A stretch of DNA of 49,580 bases from Craspedostauros australis (taxonomy: Eukaryota): assembly GCA_030167865.1 (NCBI GenBank), contig JALAGF010002067.1, positions 1-49,580 on the forward strand, given 5' to 3'. Position numbers and translations under genes: made by a program. Positions 20,542-31,756 of the stretch are shown here, piece by piece. Each line of letters opens with the position of its first letter. Positions within the stretch are counted from its first letter, which is position 1. Under the pieces are notes generated by a model, which saw only the letters and a program-made list of their open reading frames with translations, searched no databases and was not told the origin of the DNA.

Positions 20542-23500
20542 TCATCCGTCGAACTCATACTCCTCATCGCTGCTTTCCACGTCACCATCATCATCGTTAC
20601 CGTCACTGCCAGCTACGCTCTTCTCACTTTCCTCCTCGTCGCTTTCACGCAGCGAACCAACCGTCTCTTCGTCCGTGGATGCTGTGCCTTCGCCTGCTGC
20701 GACGCCATCTGATGAATGCCCATCGTCATCTTTTGCCATCCGTGATCCTGCTCTTGCTCCTACTTTTGTGTCTGCCTCTTTCTCTGCCATTGTTGACGTT
20801 AAGGACGATGGCGTTGGTAGATTCGCCACCTTGTGCACAAATGTCAACGGCAAATCTGGATTCTTGGCAACCGCCAACAGCGGAGCGTCGTTGAGCTGTT
20901 GCTCCAGCAACGACCCCGCACCGGAATAGTCCGGCCACCGATTGCCCACCTTGCGTTTCGTGTCGCAGGCGCAATCTTCCTTCAGCGTGAAGCAATCCTG
21001 CAGTTCTTCACGCGTGAACAGCCGGGACGATGCCTTGGACGACGAATTCTTGCGCTTCGTCTTCTGATCGACAGTCAACTCCACGAGCTGGCCCTTCTGG
21101 ACTTGACGTTGGTAGATGACTTCTTCTACCGTTCCCGCCGTGAAAAGGCGGTAGATGTAGCACTGCTTGGTCTGACCAGGACGGAAGATTCGCGCCATGG
21201 CCTGCTTGTCGGAGGATGGATTCCAGTCGGGATCCAGCATGATCAATCGGTTGGCGCGGATCAGATTGAGTCCGCACCCACCGGCCTTGCTGCTGAGCAA
21301 GAGCATGAAACTCGTCTTGGGGCTGGTCTTGGAGAACGTCGAGAGGATCTGGCTGCGCTTCACCATCTCTGTGCTACCATCCAGCCGCAATGTCTTCCAA
21401 TCTGGATGCCTGATGCGGCAGACCTTGTCCTCGACGTAGGACAGTGCCATCGTGAAGTTCGACACCAGGACGACCTTGTCATCAGGAGAAGTGGTTCGGA
21501 TCTCGTCCAAGAGACGTTCCAGGATTTGCAGCTTCCCCGATTGACGCAACGCCTCCATGGCATCTTGTACCGCCTTCGTTTGTTCGATAGATGCGGCATC
21601 ATCGTTGGGCATGTATTCGAAATTGCAGTCCTCGCTGGTGACGCGGCTTGATTTGCGTCGCTTTGCTTTGGCGCGTGATTTTGCGGTGTTGCTATCCACT
21701 TGATCTTCCTGAGACTGCTTGGACTGCACGAGGGATGGATGAAGGCAAATCTTGCGCAAGTTCATCAACGTCGTCAATGCGTCTGCTGTCACTCCTTTGG
21801 TGGATTCCGACGACTGCGACATGCCGGCAGCCAGCTGTTTGTACACATCGCACTGTGCTTTGGTCGGTTTGCAAAACAGCAGCAGCTCGTGGCGCGGTGG
21901 TAGAAGATCGTACAGGATGTCTTTCTGCAACCGACGCAGCACGAAGGTGGAGAGGATGCGTTCCAGCAGCTTCGCTTGCTGCGCGCCGTATTGACGCTCG
22001 GCGGGAGTTGCATTCTTCGTTGCAGCGATGGCAATGGGGCGTTCCACGTACTTGCGGAAAGTCGATGTGTAGGCGTTCCCCAAGATGCCAGGGCAGACGA
22101 AGTTGGACAGAGTGTAAAGATCGCACAGAACGTTCTGGATGGGTGTTGCCGTCACGAGAAGCCGGCGCTGGGTTGGTATGGACTCCAACGCCTTGAACGT
22201 CGCCGTTCCCGACTTTTTCTTGAGGACGTGGCCTTCGTCTAGCACCAGCAGGGACAGCGGGAGCTTGGCAAGCGGTTCGAGGAAGGTGCTGATACCGCGA
22301 CGCACCATTTCGTACGATATGATCATGATCTGCACGTTGCGCTGGTTGGAGGCTTGGACGAAGGACTTCATCTGCTGCTGCACCATCTGCGTGCTGCCTG
22401 GCGTGATGGTACATCGCTTGGGAAAAGAAGCCTTGCCGATCCACTTGTCAAACTCGTCCGACCAATTGTGCACCAGGGCGGAGGGGCAGATGATCATGAA
22501 CCTCGAGGTCTTGCGATCCTGACGGAACAATGCGCAGATGAGCGTGATCGTCATGAGGGTCTTGCCAAGGCCCATCTCGTCGGCAAGGATGGCGCCCTGT
22601 ATCTGCTTTGGTATGCTCGTTGAATGATCATTCCTTCCATGGCCATTGCCATTGTCGTCGTTGTCTTCTTCGGCATCGAAGAGCCAGGATGTGCTCATCG
22701 ACGCGCCGGCATCCATGGAGGCCAGAAGTTGCCGAGGAGTCAATCTCGGCTGAGTGAGGCAGTTCCAGAGAAAGTTGACGCCTTGAATCTGGTACGGACG
22801 TAGCGCGCTGTTGATGGACGCTGGAATACTCATGGCGGCGTCCGTAGCTGTATGGGAGACCTTGGATAGTGGCGACATTGGCGACCCTATGACACGTGAT
22901 GGACGCGTTCGTGTTGGCGTGGACATGCCTGATGATGCCATGGCGACAGATTTTGTTGTTGCTGTTGCTGTAGTTGCTGCTGAAGATGATGACGATCTTG
23001 CCAGAATGCCTCGTGGTTTCTTGCGCGGTGGTGTGGAAAGCACGACACTGTCCGTATCCTGCGGCGTGCATGTAGGCGTAACAGTCGGAACGGCACTGGA
23101 TTTGGATGTAGCCGTTGGTGTGAATGTTGCTCCACTCCTGCTCGTGCTTGTCGCTGCGCCCGTTTTCGTGATGATTTGATTGCGCTTGATGGGTGGCACG
23201 AACTTACGGATGGGGGCGCCAGAGAGCGACCGTCTGTTGATCAATCCTTTCGGAACGAAGGAGCTGCTGCTGGATCCCATGAACTTCGGTGTTGGCTGCG
23301 TGACAGTACCATCTTCGTTTTGTTCGTCGCCGTCTTCGCTATCGTCACACCCGTCATCGCCGTTGGGGCTGCCGTCAGAGATGCCTCTCTTACCAGTATT
23401 GATGCTTGTGGTTGCTGTAGGTTTTGGACCGGGTGGTGTGAGCTTGTTGGTGGATATACGAAGAGAGTTGGATGCAAGTTTCCCAACCACCAACTTGCCG

Positions 23501-23982
23501 CCATTTCGGTGACGCAACACCGTGTTCGTTTTCTTCCCCGATGTTGGCTTGAGGCTGCCACCGACGCCGCGCTTCCCTAACACCATCTTCCTCCCCACGA
23601 TGATCCGTTGCTGATGCGTGGTTGGTGTCTTGCTCGCAACGGCCGCAGCTGGCTCTTTCTGGCAAGATGCACTCGCCCTCGATGGCATGCATGACACGAT
23701 CTCCACCTCGTATGGTCCGACCTGAACGATGTCATCATCGCTCAGGGCACCCTGTTTGCACAGCTCCACGGCGCGGCCATGGAACGCGGCGCCATTGGAC
23801 AGGGCCTTGACGGAAGTTCCGCTTGCACCGTTGCCGTCGTCATTGTCGTCCTCGTTGATGATGGCAGTGCTGGTCTTGGGGATGATGAAGAGGTAGCCAT
23901 CCAGCTTGTGCACGCCCTTGGACTTGTGCTTCTTGTTCTTGCGCTTGTAGTACAGAACCTCATACTTTTGGAATGAGCTCAT
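20542..23982 (-). CDS. SNF2-family translocase, RAD54/RAD54B(Rdh54)-like
   Basis: LRPYQ, GAILADEMGLGKT, DEGH, TATPIQN, SGKL, LRLDGST, LLSSKAGGCGLNL, DPDWNP, QAMARIFRPGQ, EEVIYQRQ. N-terminus YEVLYYKRKNKKHK..DGYL resembles the DUF2439-type N-terminus of RAD54B/Rdh54. Confidence 0.9.
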   Translation of the reverse strand: MSSFQKYEVLYYKRKNKKHKSKGVHKLDGYLFIIPKTSTAIINEDDNDDGNGASGTSVKALSNGAAFHGRAVELCKQGALSDDDIVQVGPYEVEIVSCMPSRASASCQKEPAAAVASKTPTTHQQRIIVGRKMVLGKRGVGGSLKPTSGKKTNTVLRHRNGGKLVVGKLASNSLRISTNKLTPPGPKPTATTSINTGKRGISDGSPNGDDGCDDSEDGDEQNEDGTVTQPTPKFMGSSSSSFVPKGLINRRSLSGAPIRKFVPPIKRNQIITKTGAATSTSRSGATFTPTATSKSSAVPTVTPTCTPQDTDSVVLSTPPRKKPRGILARSSSSSAATTATATTKSVAMASSGMSTPTRTRPSRVIGSPMSPLSKVSHTATDAAMSIPASINSALRPYQIQGVNFLWNCLTQPRLTPRQLLASMDAGASMSTSWLFDAEEDNDDNGNGHGRNDHSTSIPKQIQGAILADEMGLGKTLMTITLICALFRQDRKTSRFMIICPSALVHNWSDEFDKWIGKASFPKRCTITPGSTQMVQQQMKSFVQASNQRNVQIMIISYEMVRRGISTFLEPLAKLPLSLLVLDEGHVLKKKSGTATFKALESIPTQRRLLVTATPIQNVLCDLYTLSNFVCPGILGNAYTSTFRKYVERPIAIAATKNATPAERQYGAQQAKLLERILSTFVLRRLQKDILYDLLPPRHELLLFCKPTKAQCDVYKQLAAGMSQSSESTKGVTADALTTLMNLRKICLHPSLVQSKQSQEDQVDSNTAKSRAKAKRRKSSRVTSEDCNFEYMPNDDAASIEQTKAVQDAMEALRQSGKLQILERLLDEIRTTSPDDKVVLVSNFTMALSYVEDKVCRIRHPDWKTLRLDGSTEMVKRSQILSTFSKTSPKTSFMLLLSSKAGGCGLNLIRANRLIMLDPDWNPSSDKQAMARIFRPGQTKQCYIYRLFTAGTVEEVIYQRQVQKGQLVELTVDQKTKRKNSSSKASSRLFTREELQDCFTLKEDCACDTKRKVGNRWPDYSGAGSLLEQQLNDAPLLAVAKNPDLPLTFVHKVANLPTPSSLTSTMAEKEADTKVGARAGSRMAKDDDGHSSDGVAAGEGTASTDEETVGSLRESDEEESEKSVAGSDGNDDDGDVESSDEEYEFDG

Positions 23983-24874
23983 GATAGTGTTGTGTCAAAG
24001 AGAAGAGTATAGTGTTGTTAGCATGCTACTCGTCGCACGAGTTCTCGCACGAATCTGGCGTCTGGTCTCAAGAGGAGAACAAGGACAAGGAGACGTGTTG
24101 TGATTGCTGCGTGTTTCTTGTTTGCTTCTTTGTTTGGTATGCTCTTGGTCCATGCACTCCAGGCAACCTCCTCGTGATTTGTGTGGTGGGTGCACATTGC
24201 GCGCCAAGTGTTGCCAGGGGATCATGTCTTTGTTGGTTGTTTTGCCTGTGATCACCACAGTTTGTTGGTAGTTGTCTCGGAGTGAAGTTTTCGAAATCCG
24301 CCAACAACATCAACACCAGCTGTTTCGTACGATACCAATCTAAGCAATATGTGGTACTTCGATAGACCTCATGTTGAGACAAGATTGTCAAAGAACGGCG
24401 AAGACACGAAAGAGGGAGAAAGATCACGAAAGAAGACAGCGACAACATCAACAACAACAACAACGTTGCCATCAACGCACAAGCCCCGCGAAAAATCATG
24501 GGAGAAGGCGTCCTCCATGTCTCGTGGTTGTTTCTCCTCTCTTTGCCGCACAACACGACCTCGTCTGGCGCCTCCCTCTCCTTCGTCACCTGAGAGAATC
24601 ATAAAACAACACAACAAGTGACGAACAGTGTCGACGATCGACAACAGAGTATTGGTACTCCGTGGACATCAAGCAACCCGCTCCAACCGCAAATCTATCG
24701 CAATCATATTGTTGAGCACCCATTCGGCGAGCCCCGAGGACAGAAACGCTGGAGAAGCAGGTGGGGAAACCGCTCAGCTCTAGTCGTTCACCTCAACTCA
24801 GCTTCACTCAGCTTCACTCAACTTCACTCGACCCAACAACAATCCACGTAACATTACGAGCCTTCGCAGACAGG

Positions 24875-27800
24875 ATGTTCGACGGCAACTTCCGTTCACG
24901 TCGTGAGGTCAACTTCAGCGGCGGGACGAGGCGCAACCGCAATGGCAACAACAGCAGGAATCGAAATGGCCGGCAGGCATCGTCGTCGTCCTCTTCTGCG
25001 GCGACGTCAACTTCCGCAACATCGCGGGGTAACACGCGTGAGAGCACCCTGCGCAATGCAACGGTGCAGCGCAAGCAGCGTCAGGAGCAGCAGCGCAAGG
25101 AACGCGCCTGCAGGCTTATTCAGAAGTCCTTTCGTGGGATGATGGCGCGCAGGAAGCTACTCCAAGCGCTGCAGGATCAGATTGGAACGCAATGCCAGAA
25201 CAACGACGTTCTTGCTGCAACGACCAACATTTCCATTCAGCTAGTGTTGCTGCCTGCGCACCGCAGGCCGAGTGAGCGCACTACAGCTGAGATCGACCAG
25301 AAAAGGAAGGATCTCTTGCTACTGTTTGCGATGCTGGTGGCAAACACCATACCTCCAGCATCAGCTCCCACCGCAGCGGCAATGATGACTGCGACTATTG
25401 CTGCTTCCGCTACTGCCCTATCACCATCAGCCCAGCAATCCCAATGGTTCTCGCAAAAACGCATCGTGCACACCGCCTTGCAGGAATTGCAATCCATGGC
25501 CAGTCCCAACACCTGCAACGCGGCCGGTCAGATCATCGATTCCACCGCACTGGAAAGTGTGCGCCGCGCGCTGTTCACCATCCCGAACTCCTTCTTCCAA
25601 CGATGGTTGGCGGACGGTGCATCAGATATTCCTTCGCAACGAAGCGTCGATGTGCGGCTGTTCGTGGATGTGCTGGAATGCGCAAAGCGTCATTGGGACC
25701 AGGTCATCATTGCCCTGCAAACGGCCAAGAAATCGACTCTGCCCTCGTCGCAGCAACGGCAGATCACCGCGATGTCCAAGCAGCTCTTTCAATGGTGCAA
25801 TAGCATTCGTTGCCGTCTGCAACGAGGCCCGGGTGCCCACGCAACCACAGGCATGGACATATCTCCATCTTCGGTGTCATCGCACACGAACCTCTCAGCG
25901 ATGCTCAGCGCGTGCATCGCCATCGTCTTCCTCACGACGACGTCAGAGGCAGCGTCGTCACCCAAAAGCAAGACCGTCTGGATCAAACCTCTCTTGCTCA
26001 AGACGCTACTGCCGCAGTGTTTGCAGTCGGAGAACTACTACGAGGCCTTCGTGGAGGCCCTCGTCCCCGTCTTGACGCAAGTTGCAGCAGATGCATCCGG
26101 GCAACCAGCATCGTCACTAACACCGTCAACATTAGCAGCAACAAGCACCCCAACTGCAACGACACCCGGGTCAGCGGAATCTCCGCCGGTGTCCAACGAC
26201 CAGCGAGTGCTGCTCACATTCGTCAGCAACCAAATGAGAGGCAACGAATCCAACATGCTCAACTACGCGCTTCATCTCCTTCAATTACAAGGCGATGCGG
26301 TATCAAAGGTGAGCGCCAACGTAAGCGCCAACCCCAATTCCAGCGCAGCAGGTGACAATCAATCGAACATCATGCCAGACGCAGGTATGCTGAAGCCGCA
26401 TGCTCTGATCTACCTCCTCAACCATACCTTTCAGAAGGATCCGCAACTCGCATTCCTCACCTCGTTGGTGGTCCGCGGTCAGGATATTCGCAAGATCCTC
26501 AACATCCCCTCATTGAACGGCTCGTCTTCATCGATGTCCTCCAAGACAGGAGGTGACGCAATGGACACCATGGCAGACCATGACTTTTCGGACTCGGATG
26601 ATGAAGACGATGACGAGGATCACATGAAGGACAGCACGGCGACTCAAGCCAAGAAGACGCGACGCTCGTCGTCTCGATATTCACGAAAGGACCTGTCGAC
26701 TCTTCCCAAACTGGATCGCATGTATCAGAATGAAATCATCCAACTCCGGAATGCCATCAAGGCGGCTGCGGCGTCGAGTGCCATCAATCAACAGTTGCAA
26801 AACACTGTGGACATGGCCTGCGCCATCGGTCAAAACAGCAAGCAGTGGTTGAATTGGGGATTGCTGCTTTTGTCACCGTCATCGCCATCGTCAGTCGCAC
26901 AGTCCATGGGCACAATCGCAAACACAAACGCGAATATGGATGCAAACACAGCGATTCAGGATGCGTACCTCGATCTGATGGCCAAGCTGCTCCAAACCTG
27001 TACGGGTATACGCACCAACTCAAAGATGGCGGTTTCGTCCGCCTTCATGACACAGATAGGATTCTCGCGTCCGTACCTTCATCTTCTCTGGCAGAACGTG
27101 GCATTGCGATTGCAACACGTCGAACATCACGCCACTACCGCCAATCGGGAGCGGCGCGATGATGCGACAGACAAGGCATTTTCGGTGTTCAACGTGTTCT
27201 GCGATCTCTTCACGCATCATTTGATCGGCATCAGCGACGATGAATTCCTGAAGCTCTACACCGACGTCAAGGAGCAGAATGATGCATCAACGACGATCAT
27301 GGCAAAGGACGTCGTCGTCCGACTGCGGGATGCCTTGCACCAGCTCTACTGGACGAAGCCGGTCCTGGTGACGGACGCCAAACTTGCGTGTCCCAACAAC
27401 ACGCGTTTCCGGCTCCTGCTGGCCGGAACCAAATTGTGGAATGCTCTGTACGAACGGTGGAATCGGCTGGTACGCAATTCCTCCTTCTGCGAAGAATCCA
27501 TGTGGTACTTTCCGTATCTGTCATCTCGAGACGGGCATGGCGCGCTGATGGCTTTGGGCATGCCCCCGGCCCCTGGCAGTGGCAACAATGGCGACGACGA
27601 TGATGATGATGGCATGGATGGAATCGTTGGTGGTGGTCGTGGAGGAGGCAGAAACCAAAGTATCGGCAATCATTATGATGATGGCTTCGACGACGCCGAC
27701 GACGACGACGATGATGATGACAGCGACGCCATGGAGGTCGACGAGGATGGTGCACAAATCGAAGCAGCGACTGAGCAGGCAATGGACATTGCTGACAGCC

Positions 27801-29407
27801 AAGCGGATGCACTCGCAGGATCCTTCCGCGACCCAAAGATGGCACGCATCCTCACTTTCATCCCGCAGGCTATTCCATTCGATCGACGCGTCAGGCTATT
27901 CCATTCCCTGCTCACGGCCGACAAGATCCGCACGCAGGATGACTCCGCAGAAGTTCGCGAGGTGATGATGGCCATGATGAGAGGCGAGGAGAACGACGCG
28001 CTTGACGAATTGCGACATCAGGTGGCGATCCATCGCAGCGACCTGTACAAGGATTCGATGGACCAGCTGAATGAGCTTGGTCCCAAATTGAAGCGCAAGA
28101 TCAAGGTGTCCTTCTACAACCAGCACGATCAGCTAGAGGCCGGGATTGACGGTGGCGGAGTGTTCAAGGAATTCCTTGATGATCTGATCAACGAGGCGTT
28201 TTTGGGCCATACTGGCAGCAAGGATCATGGTGAGAGCGCCGCCACGAGCGATCATGGCCAAGCAACAACCATGGATACGAATAGCAAAGATAGAGGATCG
28301 CGCTCGGGAGCATCAACGCGGTTGAGCCCACTCCGGAGACTGTTTTCGAGAGGCAATCGAAGATCAAGCCGTTCCGCGCCGGCCGCAGCTGCCGTAACCG
28401 CGGAGCAGCCCAAAAGCAAGGCACCGAAGCTGTTTGAGGTCACGCCGCTCCAGACGCTGTCCGTCAAGTCGAACACAACGGGCAACCTCCTCGTGCTGCA
28501 GCACTACGAGTTCCTGGGCCGTGTGCTGGGCAAGGCGGTGTACGAATCCATCCTGGTGGAACCGCAGTTCTGTCTGCCGTTCCTAAACCAGCTGCTCGGC
28601 AAGACGAATTCGGTGGAAGATCTGAAGAATTTTGATCCGGAGTACTACGAGAACCTCACGTCCTTGCGGAAGCTATCTGCTGCAGACATCGAGAGTGCAG
28701 GCCTGACCTTCGAACTGACTATTGGTGACAGTGGCGACAACAACATGCCGTCCTCGGGACAAGCTGCGGGTGGATCATCGGGCAGCACTGACCCGTACGC
28801 TTCCCTCACCTCCAAGATGCAGACCATCGAACTGGTGCCCGGCGGGCGTGACAAGGCTGTGACGAAGCAGAATGTCATCCAGTACATCCATCTGGTGGCA
28901 CACTACCGACTGAACATCCAGGCGTACCACCAAACGCGCGCATTCCTGCGAGGATTCCGCGACCTCATCCCCGCCTCCTGGGTTCGATTGTTTTCCGCCA
29001 ACGAGTTGCAAAAGCTGATCGGCGGCGACGATTCCATCCGCGGCATTGACGTTGCCGCGTTGAAACGATCGATGCAGTATGCCGGGGGGTACCATCCATC
29101 TCAACCAGTCGTGCACGACTTTTGGGACCTGCTGCAAAACGACTTCACGCCAGATCAGCAAAAGAAGTTCTTGAAGTTCATGACCTCGTGCTCGCGTCAG
29201 CCTTTGCTTGGATTCGGGTCACTGGAACCGGCACCGTGCATCCAACAGATTCGATTACCGGAAGGGGCGGACAAAGAGCAAAGCCGGTTGCCGACCAGCG
29301 CCACATGTTTCAACCTGCTGAAGTTGCCTAACTATGGGAGCAAGAACCTCCTCCGCAAGAAGTTGCTTGCGGCCATCGAATCGGGAGCGGGCTTTGAGCT
29401 CACGTGA
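24875..29407 (+). CDS. HECT E3 ubiquitin ligase, UBE3B/UBE3C (UPL6/7)-like
   Basis: Start MFDGNFRSRREVNFSG; IQ-like motif LIQKSFRGMMARR; IPFDRRV, EAGIDGGGVFKEF, catalytic LPTSATCFNLLKLPNY, C-terminal GAGFELT. Confidence 0.93.
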   Translation: MFDGNFRSRREVNFSGGTRRNRNGNNSRNRNGRQASSSSSSAATSTSATSRGNTRESTLRNATVQRKQRQEQQRKERACRLIQKSFRGMMARRKLLQALQDQIGTQCQNNDVLAATTNISIQLVLLPAHRRPSERTTAEIDQKRKDLLLLFAMLVANTIPPASAPTAAAMMTATIAASATALSPSAQQSQWFSQKRIVHTALQELQSMASPNTCNAAGQIIDSTALESVRRALFTIPNSFFQRWLADGASDIPSQRSVDVRLFVDVLECAKRHWDQVIIALQTAKKSTLPSSQQRQITAMSKQLFQWCNSIRCRLQRGPGAHATTGMDISPSSVSSHTNLSAMLSACIAIVFLTTTSEAASSPKSKTVWIKPLLLKTLLPQCLQSENYYEAFVEALVPVLTQVAADASGQPASSLTPSTLAATSTPTATTPGSAESPPVSNDQRVLLTFVSNQMRGNESNMLNYALHLLQLQGDAVSKVSANVSANPNSSAAGDNQSNIMPDAGMLKPHALIYLLNHTFQKDPQLAFLTSLVVRGQDIRKILNIPSLNGSSSSMSSKTGGDAMDTMADHDFSDSDDEDDDEDHMKDSTATQAKKTRRSSSRYSRKDLSTLPKLDRMYQNEIIQLRNAIKAAAASSAINQQLQNTVDMACAIGQNSKQWLNWGLLLLSPSSPSSVAQSMGTIANTNANMDANTAIQDAYLDLMAKLLQTCTGIRTNSKMAVSSAFMTQIGFSRPYLHLLWQNVALRLQHVEHHATTANRERRDDATDKAFSVFNVFCDLFTHHLIGISDDEFLKLYTDVKEQNDASTTIMAKDVVVRLRDALHQLYWTKPVLVTDAKLACPNNTRFRLLLAGTKLWNALYERWNRLVRNSSFCEESMWYFPYLSSRDGHGALMALGMPPAPGSGNNGDDDDDDGMDGIVGGGRGGGRNQSIGNHYDDGFDDADDDDDDDDSDAMEVDEDGAQIEAATEQAMDIADSQADALAGSFRDPKMARILTFIPQAIPFDRRVRLFHSLLTADKIRTQDDSAEVREVMMAMMRGEENDALDELRHQVAIHRSDLYKDSMDQLNELGPKLKRKIKVSFYNQHDQLEAGIDGGGVFKEFLDDLINEAFLGHTGSKDHGESAATSDHGQATTMDTNSKDRGSRSGASTRLSPLRRLFSRGNRRSSRSAPAAAAVTAEQPKSKAPKLFEVTPLQTLSVKSNTTGNLLVLQHYEFLGRVLGKAVYESILVEPQFCLPFLNQLLGKTNSVEDLKNFDPEYYENLTSLRKLSAADIESAGLTFELTIGDSGDNNMPSSGQAAGGSSGSTDPYASLTSKMQTIELVPGGRDKAVTKQNVIQYIHLVAHYRLNIQAYHQTRAFLRGFRDLIPASWVRLFSANELQKLIGGDDSIRGIDVAALKRSMQYAGGYHPSQPVVHDFWDLLQNDFTPDQQKKFLKFMTSCSRQPLLGFGSLEPAPCIQQIRLPEGADKEQSRLPTSATCFNLLKLPNYGSKNLLRKKLLAAIESGAGFELT

Positions 29408-29819
29408 GGTAGCAAGCATGTGGTGTGTGGTAGGTGGGTGCGTCCTCGTACCCTCTAGGTTCGAACAACGACACTCGTGCGAAGAACGAACCCCAATCTA
29501 TTAGAACAGAGTTTATCGAGCATCCTCGCACAAGTACGTCTGGTATGGCACATTAGACGAGCGAGAGAGAGGAAATATATCTATCAGAACAGTGGACCTC
29601 ATGACACGTCGAAGATCGTGGAGTGTCTCTTTGCTCACACGAAAAAGAACAGCAAGCAAAGTGCTACGTTGGGGTATTTGTATCCTCCAGACAGGTATGC
29701 GAGAGCCATCCTAACTATTATATATTACTTCGCGGTATGTACAAATGTAAATTCCTTTTTAATATCAGTCATGGCACATCATTACCATGAAAGAGTTACT
29801 CTATGCTATATCGCCGTGC

Positions 29820-30695
29820 TCAATCGTAATGCGGCCGTTGATGCATCCGATTATTCCGACGCTGCTGCTCCAGCCTCGCCCCACGCGCATTCGTTTCTGC
29901 CACCTTGAGCACCCCGTACACACCGCCCGCCGCGGCACCATAAATGCCCAGAAGGTACGTAGCGACGAATGCAAATGCTGCACATGCGGCACACACGAAG
30001 AAGAAGATGGCAACCAAGATGTTGGCCTGGTAGGATCGGATGATGCTCCACAATCCCAACACGAACATGACGAGAGCCATGCATAGACCGGCGCTGAAAT
30101 TCATGAGGACGTTCATGAGGACGCGCATTGCGTACTCCATGTAGCTCTCGTTGCGTCCCATGGCCCGGATCCCCATGAACATGGCATCCCACATGGATTG
30201 GCGCTTGGCGAATCGTTTGCCATTGTTGAAGTATCCCCAGAACGAATCCTGGGCTTCGCCGACGCCGACCTCGCTGAACAATCCGGCGACGCTCTTGGCA
30301 TCGCTCATGCGGGCCTCTCCTTCCTTGCGGATGACGTCGAGTCTGTATTTGGCATCTTCCATGCGGCGCTTGTTGCGCTGGCAGATTCCGTCGCAGGTGA
30401 ACCATCCCTTGGTGGCGCGGTAGGCCTGATTGGCGTTCCAGTACTGCTGCGAGGCGGTGTATTCGGCCTCGATGTCGATCGTGTTCATGATGTGATTGTA
30501 CTGCCGCCGTTGATCCATCGTGAGCTTCGTGCCGGAGCCGACAAAGAGGATGACGAGCAGACCAAAGAGGTAGCTTCCCGTCACGACCTTGTTGCGTCGT
30601 GCAAAGCCTGTGGCACCGCGCACGATGAGCTGTCCCAGATCGGCCGGTTCTGGCAGGACGATCTGCGTTGGATCACCACGGAAATGTCGGTTCAT
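29820..30695 (-). CDS. Multi-pass membrane protein of unknown function (291 aa)
   Basis: Strong coding-like codon usage. One N-terminal TM segment, a soluble loop with CDGIC, then 2-3 C-terminal hydrophobic segments. Confidence 0.75.
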   Translation of the reverse strand: MNRHFRGDPTQIVLPEPADLGQLIVRGATGFARRNKVVTGSYLFGLLVILFVGSGTKLTMDQRRQYNHIMNTIDIEAEYTASQQYWNANQAYRATKGWFTCDGICQRNKRRMEDAKYRLDVIRKEGEARMSDAKSVAGLFSEVGVGEAQDSFWGYFNNGKRFAKRQSMWDAMFMGIRAMGRNESYMEYAMRVLMNVLMNFSAGLCMALVMFVLGLWSIIRSYQANILVAIFFFVCAACAAFAFVATYLLGIYGAAAGGVYGVLKVAETNARGARLEQQRRNNRMHQRPHYD

Positions 30696-31756
30696 TTTAC
30701 TGTCGAATGTGAGTGAGTGTGCGACAGAGAGTGTGAGTGAATGTTGCGCGTGTGCGTGTGTGTGTGAACGTGGTTGCTTTTAGCCTTGCGGTTAGAGTTG
30801 TGAGAATATGTTTGAATGAATGAATGAATGTGTGCGTGTGAGTGAGTGGGTGGGTGCAATAGTGGACGAGGAGGTGCCTTGGACAAATGATGAAGTTGTG
30901 TGTCGCCGTTGTTGGTGATGGTCGTTGTGGTGGCGACGATGGTGTTCGATGTGTCTCTCCTTTGTGTCGTGCGTTGTTGCGTTGGTTCGAGGTGTGCGTG
31001 ACTCAACTCAACGCATCTTCGTTGCGATTCGAACTCGTTCTGTGGCGCCATTTTGCCAACAACAGCAACGTGTCATTTCATGCGCAACTTTGGTGTTGTC
31101 GAGGGTGGGAAGGACAGACGGAAATCCTGTTCCGTGATCAACAACACGGGATTGAAGTTGGTCGAATGGATCGATCGGAGAAAACAACATCTTCGCTTTC
31201 TGCCCACACTCGCAACAGCGAAACAAGCACCACGATCTCCCACCACTGTGCACACGACACGCCAAACAACAAAGAAGACAGAAACAAGACGGAGATGGAG
31301 CAAAGGCCGACGACGACAAGAGAGCGAGAGACATCCAACACGTCCTCGTGAAGCGTTCGGCTCGTCGCGTCTTTCGGGCACTTGCCTCCACCTCTCATCC
31401 CATCCGCACATTGCAACCATTTGGTTTGATCTGTTGGTACCACAGGTCGTACATAAACTTGCCTGAATGAAAGTCTGAAGAGCAACCCAGCATAATCCAC
31501 CCGCATTTGCATCTCCGACAATTGAAAAGCAAAGCAAATCCAAGCAAAACGAATCGAATCGAAACGAAACGAAACCAAAAGATCCAAACATCAGCCGAAG
31601 CGGAAGCACACAAACACACAAATACAACTTCCCCTTCCTCTCCCTTCTCCTCACCTTGTGCCTTTGCGTGTCGTGAGCAACAGTCGCATCCCCCTTTTGC
31701 AGAGGCCCAAAACAACGTTCACCATTCCCAAGGACGCCAAGAAAAAACGCAAAAAC

